Assembly (NCBI RefSeq): GCF_036365525.1
Contig: NC_090417.1
Location: forward strand, 186,001-250,000
Reading direction: 5' to 3'
Source of the DNA: Heterodontus francisci
Taxonomy: Eukaryota
Length of the DNA stretch: 64,000 bases
Positions 34,549 to 47,778 of the stretch are shown piece after piece. Within the stretch, counting starts at the first letter, position 1; every line of letters starts with the position of its first letter. A program made the position numbers and the translations under genes. Below the pieces are notes generated by a model. The model ran no database searches, had not been told where the DNA came from, and saw only the letters and a list, made by a program, of their open reading frames with translations.

Positions 34549-36617
34549 CTGCTTCTCTCTCCACAGTTACTGCCAGACCTGCTGAGTATTTCCAGCACTT
34601 TTTGTCTGAGTTACACTTAAACACTGACCCTTTTCCCTTGCTGGGTTTGTCAACCTCTACCAGGCTCAGCAAATAATCACACTTGGGAGACTGTTTAGGG
34701 TTTGCAAACCGGACGCTGCGCAGCTGAATTTCTGACACTCTGTTTTCCGACGTGAAATTGTGGATAATGTCTCTGAAATCATTTCGGGTGATCATTCGGT
34801 TTCTGTGTTTCGCTGTAACGGCAGAGCAACTGTCGCAACCTGACTGTAAATCTTGTGTATGCAATACAGATGTGAATAAGCTACCATTGAAGTCACAGTG
34901 TTATGTAACTCATTGGCTCAGTAATCAATCGTCATGGTGTTAGGTAATGCCTAGTAATGTTAATTTCCCATTGTAAACACTTCTTTCAGTGGGCAATAAT
35001 TATCCACTTCCTGTTAATTCTGAAACCGGTTTTACTTTTTGAAAGATTAATGGGATCTACATTGGAAATTCACGTGCCCAAACTTTTGGGCAGGTGCGTC
35101 TCGATTTGCGGATCGAGGTGGGCAGCGCGCAAATATGCCGCACCCACCTTGCCCTCACGATTGAATGCCGGGCCCCGTGCTTCTGTCTTCTCTGCGCTGC
35201 CGGCGTGTTGCTCCGAAGTCACACTGTGCAGCCAACCGGCTCCTCTTAAAGGCGGTCTGTCCCCCCTTCGGGGGACGCTACACTGCAGAATGTTGCTTCA
35301 ATGTAAATGGTGGCACAGTGAACAGCAGGGCAGAGAGAGGGTTCCAGGGTGACGGACGCATTGCTGGAGGCCTTAACGGTGGAGGTGGCACTTTGGGGAT
35401 GCAGGCGGACTGGCTGTCAGAAAGGAGTGGGAGCAAGTGGCCAGGGAGGCCAACTCACGGAGTCTGCACTGCAACCATGCCACAAGACGTCAAATGACCT
35501 GATGCTCAAGGACAGCGAATGCATTTTTGCCTGGCATTTGCGAGCTATCTCGCCAGCAACCTCTCGCGCGGCTCAATGCACCATCTCCCCGACAGTCACC
35601 CAGCTCCCTGGCACTCGGGCATGGGGCCAAACATCCAGATACTCCACCCCATGCCTCACACGCCTACCAAACGCTGCCAGGCTCTCGCTGAGCTGTCCTG
35701 CCGTGCCAGGCACAGCACCCGGGTGCAGCGCAAGCCACGGAGCAGGGAGGAGTCCGGCTCCTAACTGACAGAGGGCACGGCGCAGATCGTGTCCTCTCCG
35801 CAGCCTCTGCTCCCGGTCAGAACCAGAGGCACTGCCACTGCTACCCACCAACCCCAACCTCGGTGAGGGCATGTCAGCCCTCCCTGGAGAGATGCGGCAA
35901 GGCTCGCTGGCAAATCCAACCATCACGAGGCCTCCAGCAAGTGCTCCAGAGTACTTCCAGACATTCTGCGCTCGGCCAAGACCTTCAAAATTACCTTAGC
36001 GGCGACTGATCCATTAAATGATGCTGTGTGCAGAGTGGCGTACAAAGATGCTGCCTGCACCTGCCTGGATTAGCGTCTACTCCAAGCCTTCTGGTGCAGA
36101 GAGGGGACGCCCCATATGTACCATTCACCGAACGCTGCACAGCCACACAGGAAGCAGCAGGTGGCGCAAGAAGCCTCCTTGGCGCTACCATACGACTGAT
36201 TTTCGCAACCTTTCACTTGGGCGGCTGTTACCCCTCACTGCAGAGTCTGGAACGAGGGGCAGGGGGGAAGGGGAGGTGGTGGGTCACAATCTGGCCATCA
36301 CAGACTGAGAGGGGGGGTGGGGGGGGTGCGGATTTTCCTCACTGAGCGTTGTGCATCTCTGAAGTTCTCCACCCCAGAGAGTTGTGGATGCTCCACCATT
36401 GAATACATTTAAGGCTGGGAATCGATAGATGTTTGGATACGAAGGGAGGGGCGGGTCCGAGGGTTCGAGTGGCCTACTCCTGCTCTTATTTCCGACGTTC
36501 TGTTTGCTTTCTGTTCAAAACGTCTGATAAAATTATGGAAGGAAATGCCAACGGTTGATCAAAATTAATAGGGAACGCGGCACTTTGCACACTGCAGGGC
36601 CCCACTTTCAGACAGAT

Positions 36618-36860
36618 GGGGGCATTGTGGTGGTGTCACTGCACTAGTGCTCCGGAGGCCCAGGCTAATGCCCCGGGGAACCCCGGGTTTGGATCCCACC
36701 ACGGCAGCTGGCGGAATTTGAATTCAATTAATTCGTAAAAAGCCTGGAGTCAAAAGCTCGTCTCAGTCAATGGACGGAAATCTGCCATCCTTACCCGGTC
36801 TGGCCTACAGGGGACGCCAGACCCCACAGCGATGTGGTTGACTCTTAACTGCCCTCTGAC
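36618..36860 (+). mobile_element. tRNA-headed SINE sharing its core with the 5' end of the 30253-33498 LINE
   Basis: Head GTGGTGGTGTCACTGCACTAGT...GGGTTTGGATCCCACC and core GGAAATCTGCCATCCTTACCCGGTCTGGCC; further fragments at 29884-30035 and 61095-61260. Confidence 0.7.
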
Positions 36861-37264
36861 ACCCGAAGGAAACGTAGGAGCGGGAATAGGTCATTCAGCT
36901 CCTCGAGCATATACAGCACAGAAGCAGGCCCTTCGGCCCATCGAGCATGTTCCGTCATCGTACTAGATCGTGCTTTCCAAGACGAGTGTGGTTTCGGCAG
37001 GGTGAGGACGGGGCCCATCGCAGAGGCAATCCCGTCTGATTTCCAGGTGCGGTTGGAAAGGAAAGGCTTGATTCATGTTCCTTATTACTCATGATCCTTT
37101 CACGAGCGGGGACAGTTACTCTCCGTCTATTCTGTCCGGACCCCTCATAATTTATGTCGCACTCTTTGCAACCTCAGTCCCAAATCACATTAAAACGATA
37201 GTCTTAAAACGATCATGTAGGAAAAACATGGAATCCACTTTGCACCCAGCAAACTGTCACAAAT

Positions 37265-38175
37265 GTGACAAAATTGGTGGTATAGTGGACAGTGGAGAAG
37301 GTTGTCTAAGGTTACAACAGGGTATAGATCAACTGGGAAAGTGGGCAAGGGATTGGCAAATGGAAGTTAACGCAGACAAGTGCGAAGTGATGCATTCTGG
37401 GAAGTTAAACCAGGGCAGGACATATACAGTGAATGGCAGGGCCCTGGGGAGTACTGTTGAGCAGAGAGACGTTGGGGTGCATGTACATAGTTCCCTCAAA
37501 AGTGGCAACACAGGTAGACAGGGTGGTGAAGAAGGCATATGGCATGCTTGCCTTCATCGGCCGAGGCATTGAGTACAAGAGATGGGACGTCATGTCACAG
37601 TCGTACATAACGTTGGTTAGGCCGCACTTGGAGTACTGTGTGCAGTTCTGGTCACCGCGCTACAGGAAAGATGTGATTCAGCTAGAGAGGGTGCAGAAAA
37701 GATTCACAAGGATGTTGCCTGGTTTGGGGGGCTTGAGTTATAAAGAGAGATTGGATAGGCTGGGTCTGTTTTCCCTGGAGCGAAGGAGGCTGAGAGGGGA
37801 CATGATAGAGGTCTATAAAATTATGAAAGGCATAGATAGGGTAGATAGCCAGAGTCTGTTTCCCCATGGTAGGGGTGACTAAAACTAGAGGGCATAGATT
37901 TAAGGTGAGAGGGAGGAGGTTTAAAGGGGATCAAAGGGGTACATGTTTCACACAAAGAATAGTGGGTATCTGGAATGAGCTGCCTGAGGAGGTGGTGGAG
38001 GCAGGAACAGTAGCGACATTTAAGAGGCATCTGGACAGGTACTTGAATGAGCAAGGCATAGAGGGATATGGAATTAATACAGGCAGGTGGGATTAGTATA
38101 GATAGACATTATGGTCAGCATGGACGCGATGGGCCGAAGGGCCTGTTTCTATGCTGTACGACTCAATGACTCAAT
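37265..38175 (+). mobile_element. 5'-truncated CR1
   Basis: LVRPHLEYCVQFWSP...RRLRGDMIEVYKI and 3' tail. Confidence 0.9.
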
Positions 38176-39294
38176 GACACGTGAAGCAGCTGAAATAGTC
38201 TTTCAATTGATCCTATCTATTCCCCTTAATAACTTGAAAGCTTCAGCCAAATCATCCCTTACTGGCTTTTGTGCAAGGTCTCTTTGTAGTCTTTGCACCC
38301 TCGGGAGTCCAGGTATCATTCTATGTGAATTCTAAGGGATTCTAGGGGAAGGAAGTCACATTACTGCAGTCATCGAGTCATGCAGTACAGAAACAGGCCC
38401 TTAGGCCCATCGAGCATATTCCCTTGTTCGAGAACCCAACAGCACACGCCAAAGCCGGACACCGATTCTAACCATTCTCAAAAGCAGCCTGGCAACACAC
38501 CTCAGCCCGACTTCAAGCCACTTGGGTTTCAAGTAAATTATTCAAAGGAAGCTAATTTTAAGTTTCAATTCCAGGAACTCATTGACAGGAGGTTAGTGAG
38601 CTGACCACGGTTACAGAGATCTACCTGTGATTCGATGATGATTGTGCTGTAATGTAATACTTCCCTGTCTCTGCGGTGGGCCAGTTCCCCTGATTCTGGT
38701 TCCGCATTCATCGCAAGGTGCTCATTCCTCCCTTCCTGTTTTTTTTCCTGTTCCCTTTCGTGCACTCGGTTCCCCCATCCCTGTTCTCCGTTGCTGTTCT
38801 GCAATGGGCTAATTCTCCCGGCACGACTCTTAAACTGGGGGGGGTCTCACTTCCCTCTAAGGTCTTGTCCCCTGCACTGACTATAAAATGCACGAAACAG
38901 ACTTTGGATGGAATTTCCACTTTACGCGCTGCACCTTTATGAACTCACCAAGCAATAGTATATAATTACAATGCCAGCCGCTTAGTAGACCCCCGTAGAG
39001 GAGCTCATTCCCGGGTCCGCTGAACAACATCTCCCGCACGGCTTCCCACGATTGGATTGCAGTGCCTTATCAATCCCACCCTGGCTTCGATTCAACAAAT
39101 GAAAAAGTTCAATCATCAGCCTGGGCTCAAGGGCAAGAGCAAGGGCAAGGGCACGGGCGGTTGGGAGGGCATTCAGGTTTATGCTCCACAGGAGACGCTG
39201 CCGAACCCCGAGGGCAAGTGCCAGCAGGCCTGGTGACCTGTCGGACTGCTTGGGCAGCTAGAGGGGGTGCAAGAGCGGGGGGACCGAGCGAGAG

Positions 39295-39690
39295 GATTCA
39301 GGGACGTCTTACTGCAATTATACAGGGCCTTGGTGAGGCCACACCTGGAATATTGTGTGCAGTTTTGGTCTCCTTATCTGAGGAAGGATGTTCTTGCTAT
39401 AGAGGGAGTGCAGCGAAGGTTTACCAGACTGATTCCTGGGATGGCGGGACTGACGTATGAGGAGAGATTGAGTCGATTAGGATTATATTCGCTGGAGTTC
39501 AGAAGAGTGAAGGAGGGGTGCGGTCTCATAGAAACCGATAAAATTCTAACAGGACTTGACAGGGTAGATGCAGGAAGGATGTTCCCTGACGGTGGGGGAG
39601 TCCAGAACCAGGGGGTCATAGTCTAAGGATACGGGGTAAACCCTTCAGGACTGAGATGAGGAGAAATTTCTTCACCCAGAGAGTGGTTAT
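39295..39690 (+). mobile_element. CR1 ORF2 fragment
   Basis: LYRALVRPHLEYCVQFWSPYLRKD. Confidence 0.9.
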
Positions 39691-40132
39691 TATTGGAAGG
39701 GGGATCTGGCACCTATTGAGCAGTTTTTAACACCTTCAGAAGACGAGAAAACTGGCAAGTGGTAACTGTTTTCTGACTGAATTTGAGCTATTTTGAATTG
39801 CCCGTACTCTGAGTACAAGAGCAGCAACAAGCTTGCACAATCAGAGGGTTTTCCCCCTGGCTCATTTATGCACTGGCTTCTTCAGTATCCTGACTTGTCC
39901 ACATCCGCTCGAAATCGCGTCACTGTCGAGCTCGTGTCATCCACCCAGCTGCCTCTGGCAGCCTGCCCAAAAGGGAGGGGAAAAAAACAATCTCTCTTTC
40001 GTGGCTTCTTTGATTCCTGTTCTGGTGTGCTCGGGAGAGATTAGAACAAACAGGCTGGTTTCCCTTCAGAGCTGCCCGGCACACGCCAGTGGCTTTGGCC
40101 ATAATGCTCGAACGGACCTGATTGAAAAAAAT

Positions 40133-40628
40133 CGGGGTAGTGTCCTAGGCCCAACCACCTTCAGTTGCTTCACCGATGACCTTCCTTCAGCCAGAAGGTC
40201 AGAAGTGGGGATGTTCGCTGATGATTGCACAATGTTCAGCACCGTTCGCGACTCCTCAGATACTGAAGCAGTCCGTGTAGAAATGCAGCAAGACCTGGAC
40301 AATATCCAGGCTTGGGCTGATACGTGGCCAGTAACATTCGCACCAGGCAATGACCATCTCCAACAAGAGAAAATCTAACCATCTCCTCTTGACGTTCAAC
40401 GGCATTACCATCGCTGAATCCCCCACTATCAACATCCCAGGGGTTACCATTGGCCAGAAACTGAACTGGAGCAGCCATATAAATACTGTGGCTACAAGAG
40501 CAGGTCAGAGGCTGGGAATCCTGCAGTGAGTAACTCACCTCCTGTCTCCCCAAAGCCTGCCTATCATCAACAAGGCACAAGTCAGGAGTGTGATGGAATA
40601 CTCTCCACTTGTCTGGATGAGTGCAGCT
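40133..40628 (+). mobile_element. RT fragment of the same LINE family as 30253-33498; resumes at about 43525-43595
   Basis: GSVLGPTTFSCF..DLPS..RSEVGMFADDCTMF. Confidence 0.85.
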
Positions 40629-43243
40629 CATGGCAGGAGAGCCCGCACCCGCGATATGCTCCTCCTGCGCTACGTGGGAAATCAGGGATGCTTCCGGTGT
40701 CCCTGACGACCATGTGTGCAGGAAGTGTACCCATCTGCAGCTACTGGCTACCCGGCATTACAGAGCTGGACATGTGGGTGGATTCACTGTGGAGCATCCG
40801 CGATGCTGAGATTGTCGTGGATAGCACGTTCAGCGAGGTGGTCACACTGCAGACAAATACTGCAAAGACAGGAAGGGAATGGATGACCCAGCAGAGTAGA
40901 GGAAGGCAGGTACTGCAGGAGTCCCCTGTGGCCATCACCCTCTCCGACTGATATACCTCTTTGGATATTGTTGGGGCAGATGGCTCAGGGGAAAGCAGCG
41001 AGAGCCAAGTTCATGGCACCGTGGGTGGCTCTGCTGCACAGGAGGGGATGAAGAAGAGTGGCAGGGCTATAGTGAGAGGGGATTCAATTGTAAATGGAAC
41101 AGACAGGCGTTTCTGCAGCTGCAAACATGACTTGAGGATGGTATGTTGCCTCCCTGGTGTTAGGGTCAAGGATGTCACGGAGCGGCTACGGGACATTCTG
41201 AAGGTGGAGGGTGAACAGTCAGAGGTCATGGTACACATTGGTACCAACGACATAGGTAGAAAGAACGATGAGGTCCTGCAACAAGAATTTAGGGAGCTAG
41301 AGCTAGGTCGCAGATTAAAAAGCAGGACCTCAAAAGTTGTAATATCTGGATTACTTCTGGTGCCACTTGCTAGTGAGTATAGGAATAGGAGTATAGAGCA
41401 GATGAATGAGTGGCTGAAGACATGGTGCAGGAGGGCTTTAGTTTCCTGGATCACTGGGTCTGTTTCTGGCGAAGGTGGGACCTGTTCAAGTTGGACGGGT
41501 TGCATCTGAACCGGAATGGGACAAACATCCTGGCTGGGAGATTTGCTAGTGCTGTTGGGGGGTGCGGGGGGTTTAAACTAATTTGGCAGGAGGATGGGAT
41601 ACAGAGTGGAGGTACAGTAGGGGGTGACGCACAGTCAAATATAGAAGAGAAACGGAGTCAGTCTGGAAAGCAGAGAAAATATGGACCTGTTAAGGTGCAA
41701 GTGAATAATGCAAAGCTGGATTCCATCTATTTGAACACAAGAGTCTTACAAGTAAGGCAGATGAATTGAGGGCGTTGATTAACACATGGGAATATGGTAT
41801 TATTGCTATCACAGAGACATGGTTGAGGGAAGGGCAGGACTGGCAACTCAATATTCCAGGATAAAGAATCTTCAGGTGTGACAGGGGAGGGTGTAAAAGA
41901 GGAGGTGATCAAGGAGTCAATTACTGCAGTAAGGAGGGACGATATCTTAGAAGGTTCCTCAAATGAGGCCATATGGGTAGAACTTAAAAACAAAAAGGGG
42001 GCAATCACTTGGCTGGGAGTGTACCACAGGCCTTCAAACAGTCAGGGAGAGATAGAGGAGCAGATATGTAGGCAAATCTCAGAGAGGTGTAAAAATAATA
42101 GGGTAATAATAGTAGGGGATTTCAACTTCCCCAATATTAACTGGGATAGTCTTAGTGAAAAAGACTTAAAGGGGGCGGAATTCTTAAAATGCATACAGGA
42201 GAGCTTTTTGAGCCAGTACGTAGAAAGTCCTCAAGCGAAGGGGCGGTACTGGACCTAATCCTAGGGAATGAAGTTGGACAAGTGGTAGAAGTGTCAGTGG
42301 GGGAGCTTTTCGGAAATAGTGACCATAACTCTGTAAGATTTAAGGTAGTTATGGAAAAGGACAAAGATGGACTAGAAATAAAGGGACTGAATTGGGGGAA
42401 GGCTGATTTCAATATGATAAAACAGCATCTGGCCAAAGTGGACTGGGAGCAGCTACTTGTAGGAAAGTCTACATCAGACCAGTGGGAGTCATTCAAAGAG
42501 GAAATAGTGAGAGTTCAGAGCCAACATGTTCCCGTAAAGGTGAAGGGTAGAGCCGATAAGTCCAGGGAACCCTGGATGTCAAGGGATATAGAGGATTGCA
42601 TCAGGAGAAAAAAGGAGGCTTATGGCAGATTCAGAGGGCTGAAAACAGTGGAGGCACTAGAGGAGTATAGAAAATGTAAGGGAGGACTTAAAAAAGTAAT
42701 TAGGAGAGTGAAGAGGGGGCATGAAAAAACACTGGCGGGCAAGATAAAGGAAAATCGCAAGGCATTTTATAAGTATATTAAGGGCAAGAGGATAACCAGG
42801 GAAAGAGTAGGGCCCATTAGGGACCAAAGTGGCAATTGGTGTGTGGAGCCGGAGGGCGGAGGTTATTTTTCATCTGTGTTCACTATTGAGAAGGACGATG
42901 TAGGTGTAGAGATCAGGGAGGGGGATTGTGATATACTTGAACAAATTAGCATTGAAAGGGAGGAGGTATTCGTGGTTTAAGCGGGCTTAAAAGTGGATAA
43001 ATCCCCAGGCCCAGATGAGATGTATCCCAGGCTGTTATGTGAGGCAAGGGAGGAGATAGCAGGGGCTCTGACACAAATTTTCAAATCTTCTCTGGCCACA
43101 GGAGAGGTACCAGAGGACTGGAGGACAGCGAATGTGGTACCATTATTCAAGAAGGGTAGCAGGGATAAACCAGGTAATTACAGGCCGGTGAGTCTAACAT
43201 CAGTGGTCGGGAAACTATTGGAGAAAATTCTGAGGGACAGGAT
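40629..43243 (+). mobile_element. CR1 LINE (ORF1 esterase, APE, start of RT), 3' part deleted
   Basis: GDSIV...CCLPGVRVKDV...HIGTNDI; GVYHRP, GDFN, SDH; NYRPVSLTSVVGK. Confidence 0.9.
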
Positions 43244-44784
43244 TGTACTTTGAAGATTTAGTGTGTGAATAAAATATTGTTCTACCTTTCACCAATCAGC
43301 TTCTGTGGATTCTTGAAGAGTAAGTGCAACACTGGGCTGGAGCATTTCAGCTATGAAGAGAGACTGGATAGGCTAGGGTTGTTTTCCTTAGAGTAGAGAA
43401 GGCTGAGGGGGGACCTGATTGAGGTATACAAAAGGGGCAATGATAGGATAGATAGGAAGAAACTTTTTTCCCTTAGCGGAGGGATCAATAATCAGGGGGC
43501 ATAGATTTAAGGTAAGGAGCAGACGCATGGGAACACCACCACCTGCAGGTTCCCCTCCAAGTCACACACCATCCTGACTTGGAACTGTATTGGCCTTAGG
43601 GTGTTACTCCCAGTACGTAAATTCTTATGTCACAATAATAAACATCTTTATCATAATTATAAACCCTTTCTACATGTCATCAGCTGCAGCCTGCCAACAT
43701 TTCATCTTAATGGACCAATAGAGAACACGATCTCTAGCATAAACCTCCAATTGGGCTTGGAATGGCATTCACACTTAGCTCTCTCATAACCCATATTTCT
43801 ATTACAGCCATGTCTGTGAAGGCAACCTGTAATATATATGAGGCAATGCATGGCCTGTGGCATTGTCAACTGAATCTCTGTCTAAACAAGTCAGGGAATT
43901 TCATAACTTGAAAGAAAACGCCCCTGCATGGTTTCTGCGAAACTGAACTGTCAGACGAAGCGACTTGGCTCAAGTTACGGGGCAGCAGAAACAGAAACGC
44001 AGAACGCGTAAACGCAGACCTCAAACGCAGAATGTAAACAGCAAGCCAAACGGAAAAGCCTAGAACAGGGCGCGGAAAGCTGCCATCTCGGACTGTAAGC
44101 AGGGAGCCAGGGATTCTCAAAGTGCAAATTTGAGTTGAAATTTTTCACACTGGAAAACAAAGGAAGACCCAGGTGGTTTTTCTACGGCCAGACTTATGGG
44201 CTCTGAGCATTGTAAAAAAGGCAAACGACGATTGACTTTTGGTTCTGGATGAATTTGACAGCCTTTTCCATGCCTGCAGGGAGGAGGCAGAAAGGAAGAG
44301 ACAAAGAAACCGGAAGATTTTGTAATTTAGTGTATCAGCTAGCTACTAAATATAGTCTAGTTAATGTTGAATTTCAGTTTAGATGTTATAATGAAAGTCT
44401 TACAATGTAAAAACTTGTCGTGTAATTCTTCAATAGGTCTGGGGAGTTCATATCTCGTGTTTTAAAGTTGAGGTCATAATAAAACACAGAATGCAGAACA
44501 CAAACACCGCATTACAGCATACTGGGGACCAATTATATTTCCAAATTTGCGGATGGCACAAAACTAAGAGGGAATGTAAGTTGTGAGGAGGGTTCAAGGA
44601 GGCTTCAAGGGGATTTAGACAGGCTAAGTGAATGCACAAGAACATGGCAGATGGAATATAATGTGAATAAGTGTGAAGTGATCCACTTTGGTAGAAACGG
44701 AAAGGTAGAGTATTTCTGTCCTGATTTGATATGGGATGAGCAACTCTTTTAACGCACTTATGGGAATGTACGGCAGGAATAGCA

Positions 44785-45230
44785 GCATGTAGTTCAGCGG
44801 CTCTTGCTTCGTGAGTCAGAAGGTCAGTGGTTCGAGCCTGACTCCAGAGACCTCAGCACCGGCACGATGGGTCTTCTGGTCTCTTTCTGTGCTTGTACGG
44901 TTCTGCAATAATCTAGGCTGACACTTCAGTGCCGCATGAGGGAGTGACGCATTGTCGGAGGTGCGCTGTCTCAGGCAAATGTGAAACCGAGGCCTCACCT
45001 GTCCTCTTGCTCTTAACAGCACTGTTTCAAAGTAGAGCAGGGGCATTCCGCTCTCATGTCCTGGCCAACATTTGTCCCTCAATCAATATCACTAAAATAG
45101 GCGACCCAGCCATTATCTCATTGGTGTTTGTGGGAGCTTGCTGTGCAAAATTGATTTCTGAGTTGCCCTGCGAATGACTCCACTTCCAAAGTGCTTCCTT
45201 CGCTACATAGCGCTTTGGGAAGTGTTGCAG
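44785..45230 (+). mobile_element. DeuSINE-like (SacSINE1-type) element
   Basis: tRNA-like head with B box GGTTCGAGCC; Deu-like core AAACCGAGGCC...GAGCAGGGG...GTCCTGGCCAACATTTGTCCCTCAATCAA. Confidence 0.65.
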
Positions 45231-45409
45231 AGGAGAATTTAACTAGCGAATCTCGGAGTAGCAGTGACTCAGGTGGTGGGGAAAATCGGCAACCTCCTAC
45301 AACTACTGCTGCTGGATGTGGCGGCCATGCGTTACCCGTGGCCGTCAAAGTGACGACTGCCCTCAAATGCTTTGCCGTCAACCAATTTAAGATTGTCAGT
45401 CAGGCTCAC

Positions 45410-45817
45410 AGTGTGGCGTGTTTGCACTTACTGGAAGCTGCAAATATTAATACACAGGGCCTTGTTCTTTGCAGACAGAAAGAACATGTACACACATTGC
45501 GCCTGTTACAGCTAAACAAAATAAGTGACAGCCATTCACTGGTTCATTCCTCAGGGCAATGCCTTGACCATTCTGAGTCAAGTGGCCTGGTTTAAAATTT
45601 CAAACAATGCTTGGCAGTTAACTGTCAGTCACCATAAACTGGTGCATTCTCCATGACAACATCTCTACCAATCAGAGTCCACTTGCCAGCCAATCAGCAC
45701 TCTCTTCTCATGCAGTATAAATTTGTTGCTTTCCCTTACACTGGTATTCTTGCGGATTGTCCTGATGAGGACAAGATGAAAAGCTTCGACAAAATGTCTC
45801 TATTTTCAGCGATACTC
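45410..45817 (+). mobile_element. Longest copy of the hammerhead-bearing dispersed repeat
   Basis: Colinear with 50575-50915 (inverted), 21110-21355 and 48760-48935. Confidence 0.8.
45748..45792 (+). ncRNA. Minimal type I hammerhead ribozyme motif
   Basis: TTGTC-CTGATGA-ggacaagat-GAAA-agct-TC-GACAA; 5-bp stem I, palindromic stem III. Confidence 0.7.
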
Positions 45818-47239
45818 GACGATAAGAAAAATTTAAATATGATGCCTGCGTTAAAATGCCACGGACAGACATGCTGGCTTAATTCCAGTTTCCCCGTGCG
45901 ATATCGGACCTCTCCTGGCTTCCCTGCACCACCCACACCCCCCCCCCCCCCCAATCCTCCCCCAACATGTCTCGGAGTTATTCTCAGTCCTATGTTACAG
46001 GGGAGACTTTAATCAATCCAAATTAAGGAACCAATCTGAAATTAGGAAACCATTTGCTTTGTAATTTGAACGACTTTAAGGTAGAGAAATGTTTAACACA
46101 CGACCACACTAAAAATAGCATGTGGAGTAAATGCAGCCTCCAAGACATCCGGTTAATGAGCCTTGCATATTACCTGGGTAAGGAAACAAAGAAAAGCTTA
46201 CACTGCTTTCTAATTTGGCTGTACTTCTGCATCATTCAGTCTACGGAAAACCACTAAATGAACGTGTGAAGTTTAGGTGCTCAATCTGCTCCATTCTGCC
46301 ACTTCCTGCAGTCTGAATTGAGTGCTGTGTGGAAAAACTCAATCAAGAACCTCACCAAATCGAGGGACTCTTTCAACCGCTGAATTTTCCACTTTCTCCC
46401 TCGTGTTGCTTGCCCGAGCTTGCCCTCAAAAAAATGCCATCCGTGCGTTTCACATTCTGACCACCCTTTAGATAAAGACGTTTCCCCGAAATTCGCGATT
46501 GGATTGGGTTGGCATCTTTCCAACTACAAAAGACGATGGGCACATAGCAAACAATCCATTTCGCTGGGGGGCCTTCTCTTGGTGCACCTTTGCCGATGGC
46601 TGTGAAGGTCAATCCTTGAGAGGCAGGTTCGACCACAAGTGAAGCTGCCAAGTGATGCCAAGCGCTGTTGCTTTTGACGTTGCCGCCAGTTGCCAAGCTG
46701 TGCACACCGCTCCGCTGGATGTGGCGCCATTTCCCTCTTTCACCAGATGGTGGCACCCGACTGTGTTAGTTGGCGTTTGGGGCCTTCGTGTAACGCTTGC
46801 AAGCATCCTTTCAGCAGACGTCTGGAAATAGCTGCACTTCCTGGATGAAGTTCAACAAAAGCTGAACTGGTAAACAAGGACTGGAACGCAGGTAATTGCA
46901 TGGAAACCAGCAAGGGGGTTGACCTCCGAGCTACCCTTTGATGTGACAAGAGAGAATTTATGGGCATGTGACTTGTCTATGAACTTAATGAACTTTAAAA
47001 GCCGGTGGCTTTGGACAAAAGCAGGCATTTTGGCATTTGATTTTGACCTGCCTGGAGATCCGAAGGAAGAACAAGAAAAAGTATCCCCTCTATGGAAAGA
47101 ATCCTCGTTGTGGAGAAGCCAAAGCTTGTATGAAGTGGTTCCGTTGCTTCCTGCATTTTTGAAGAAACCCTCAATTTGCAGAAAATCTTTCATCCTTTAA
47201 AAAAGGACTTTTGCATCCAATGTAAGAACTGACACGTGT

Positions 47240-47778
47240 TGTTACGCCCCTGATGGAAGGCCTATGTGATGCCTGCTGCAGTTGAATTTCCTTGAGCACC
47301 TACAAATCACAGACTGTCCATCAACCTCACCTGGAAAGACCTCGAGTGGCATCCAACTATTCGACTCTGGGACATCTTACCAAACCAAAGAGCTTCCTTC
47401 CAGATCATGACAGTCAAAGTTTACCCTTCATTTCATTCCTTTTGAAACAGTTGTAAACCAAAATCCCTTCCCCCCCCCACCCCCACCCCCCATCCCCACA
47501 CCCCGGTTAACCATTTTTTGGATGCATGTGCGTGTGCATGAGGGTTAGGAAAAATAAAGAGCTTTGATATCTCAATTCGTATATAGATTTATGTCACTCT
47601 CGGTTCAGACTTGGTTTTATAATAAATGGCTAATTTTGTTGTTGATTAAAGAGGGTGGTGTGCTTTATTCTGGGGACAAATTGGCTGTTTTGGTAAGGGG
47701 AGAATGTATTGATATGCCGTGACCTGTGGAGAAGCGGGACTGAATTGACAGTGCACTCCTCCCACCTCGGTCGTAACA
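47240..47778. mobile_element. Solo-LTR-like element
   Basis: Inverted termini TGTTACG...CGTAACA and internal AATAAA; no clear TSD, so the true 5' end may lie further left. Confidence 0.4.

Noticed and set aside
46852-47200. 113-aa and 93-aa opposing ORFs as a second IL-1-like gene
   Set aside because: No IL-1 motifs or convincing splice sites; adjacent to LTR-like sequence
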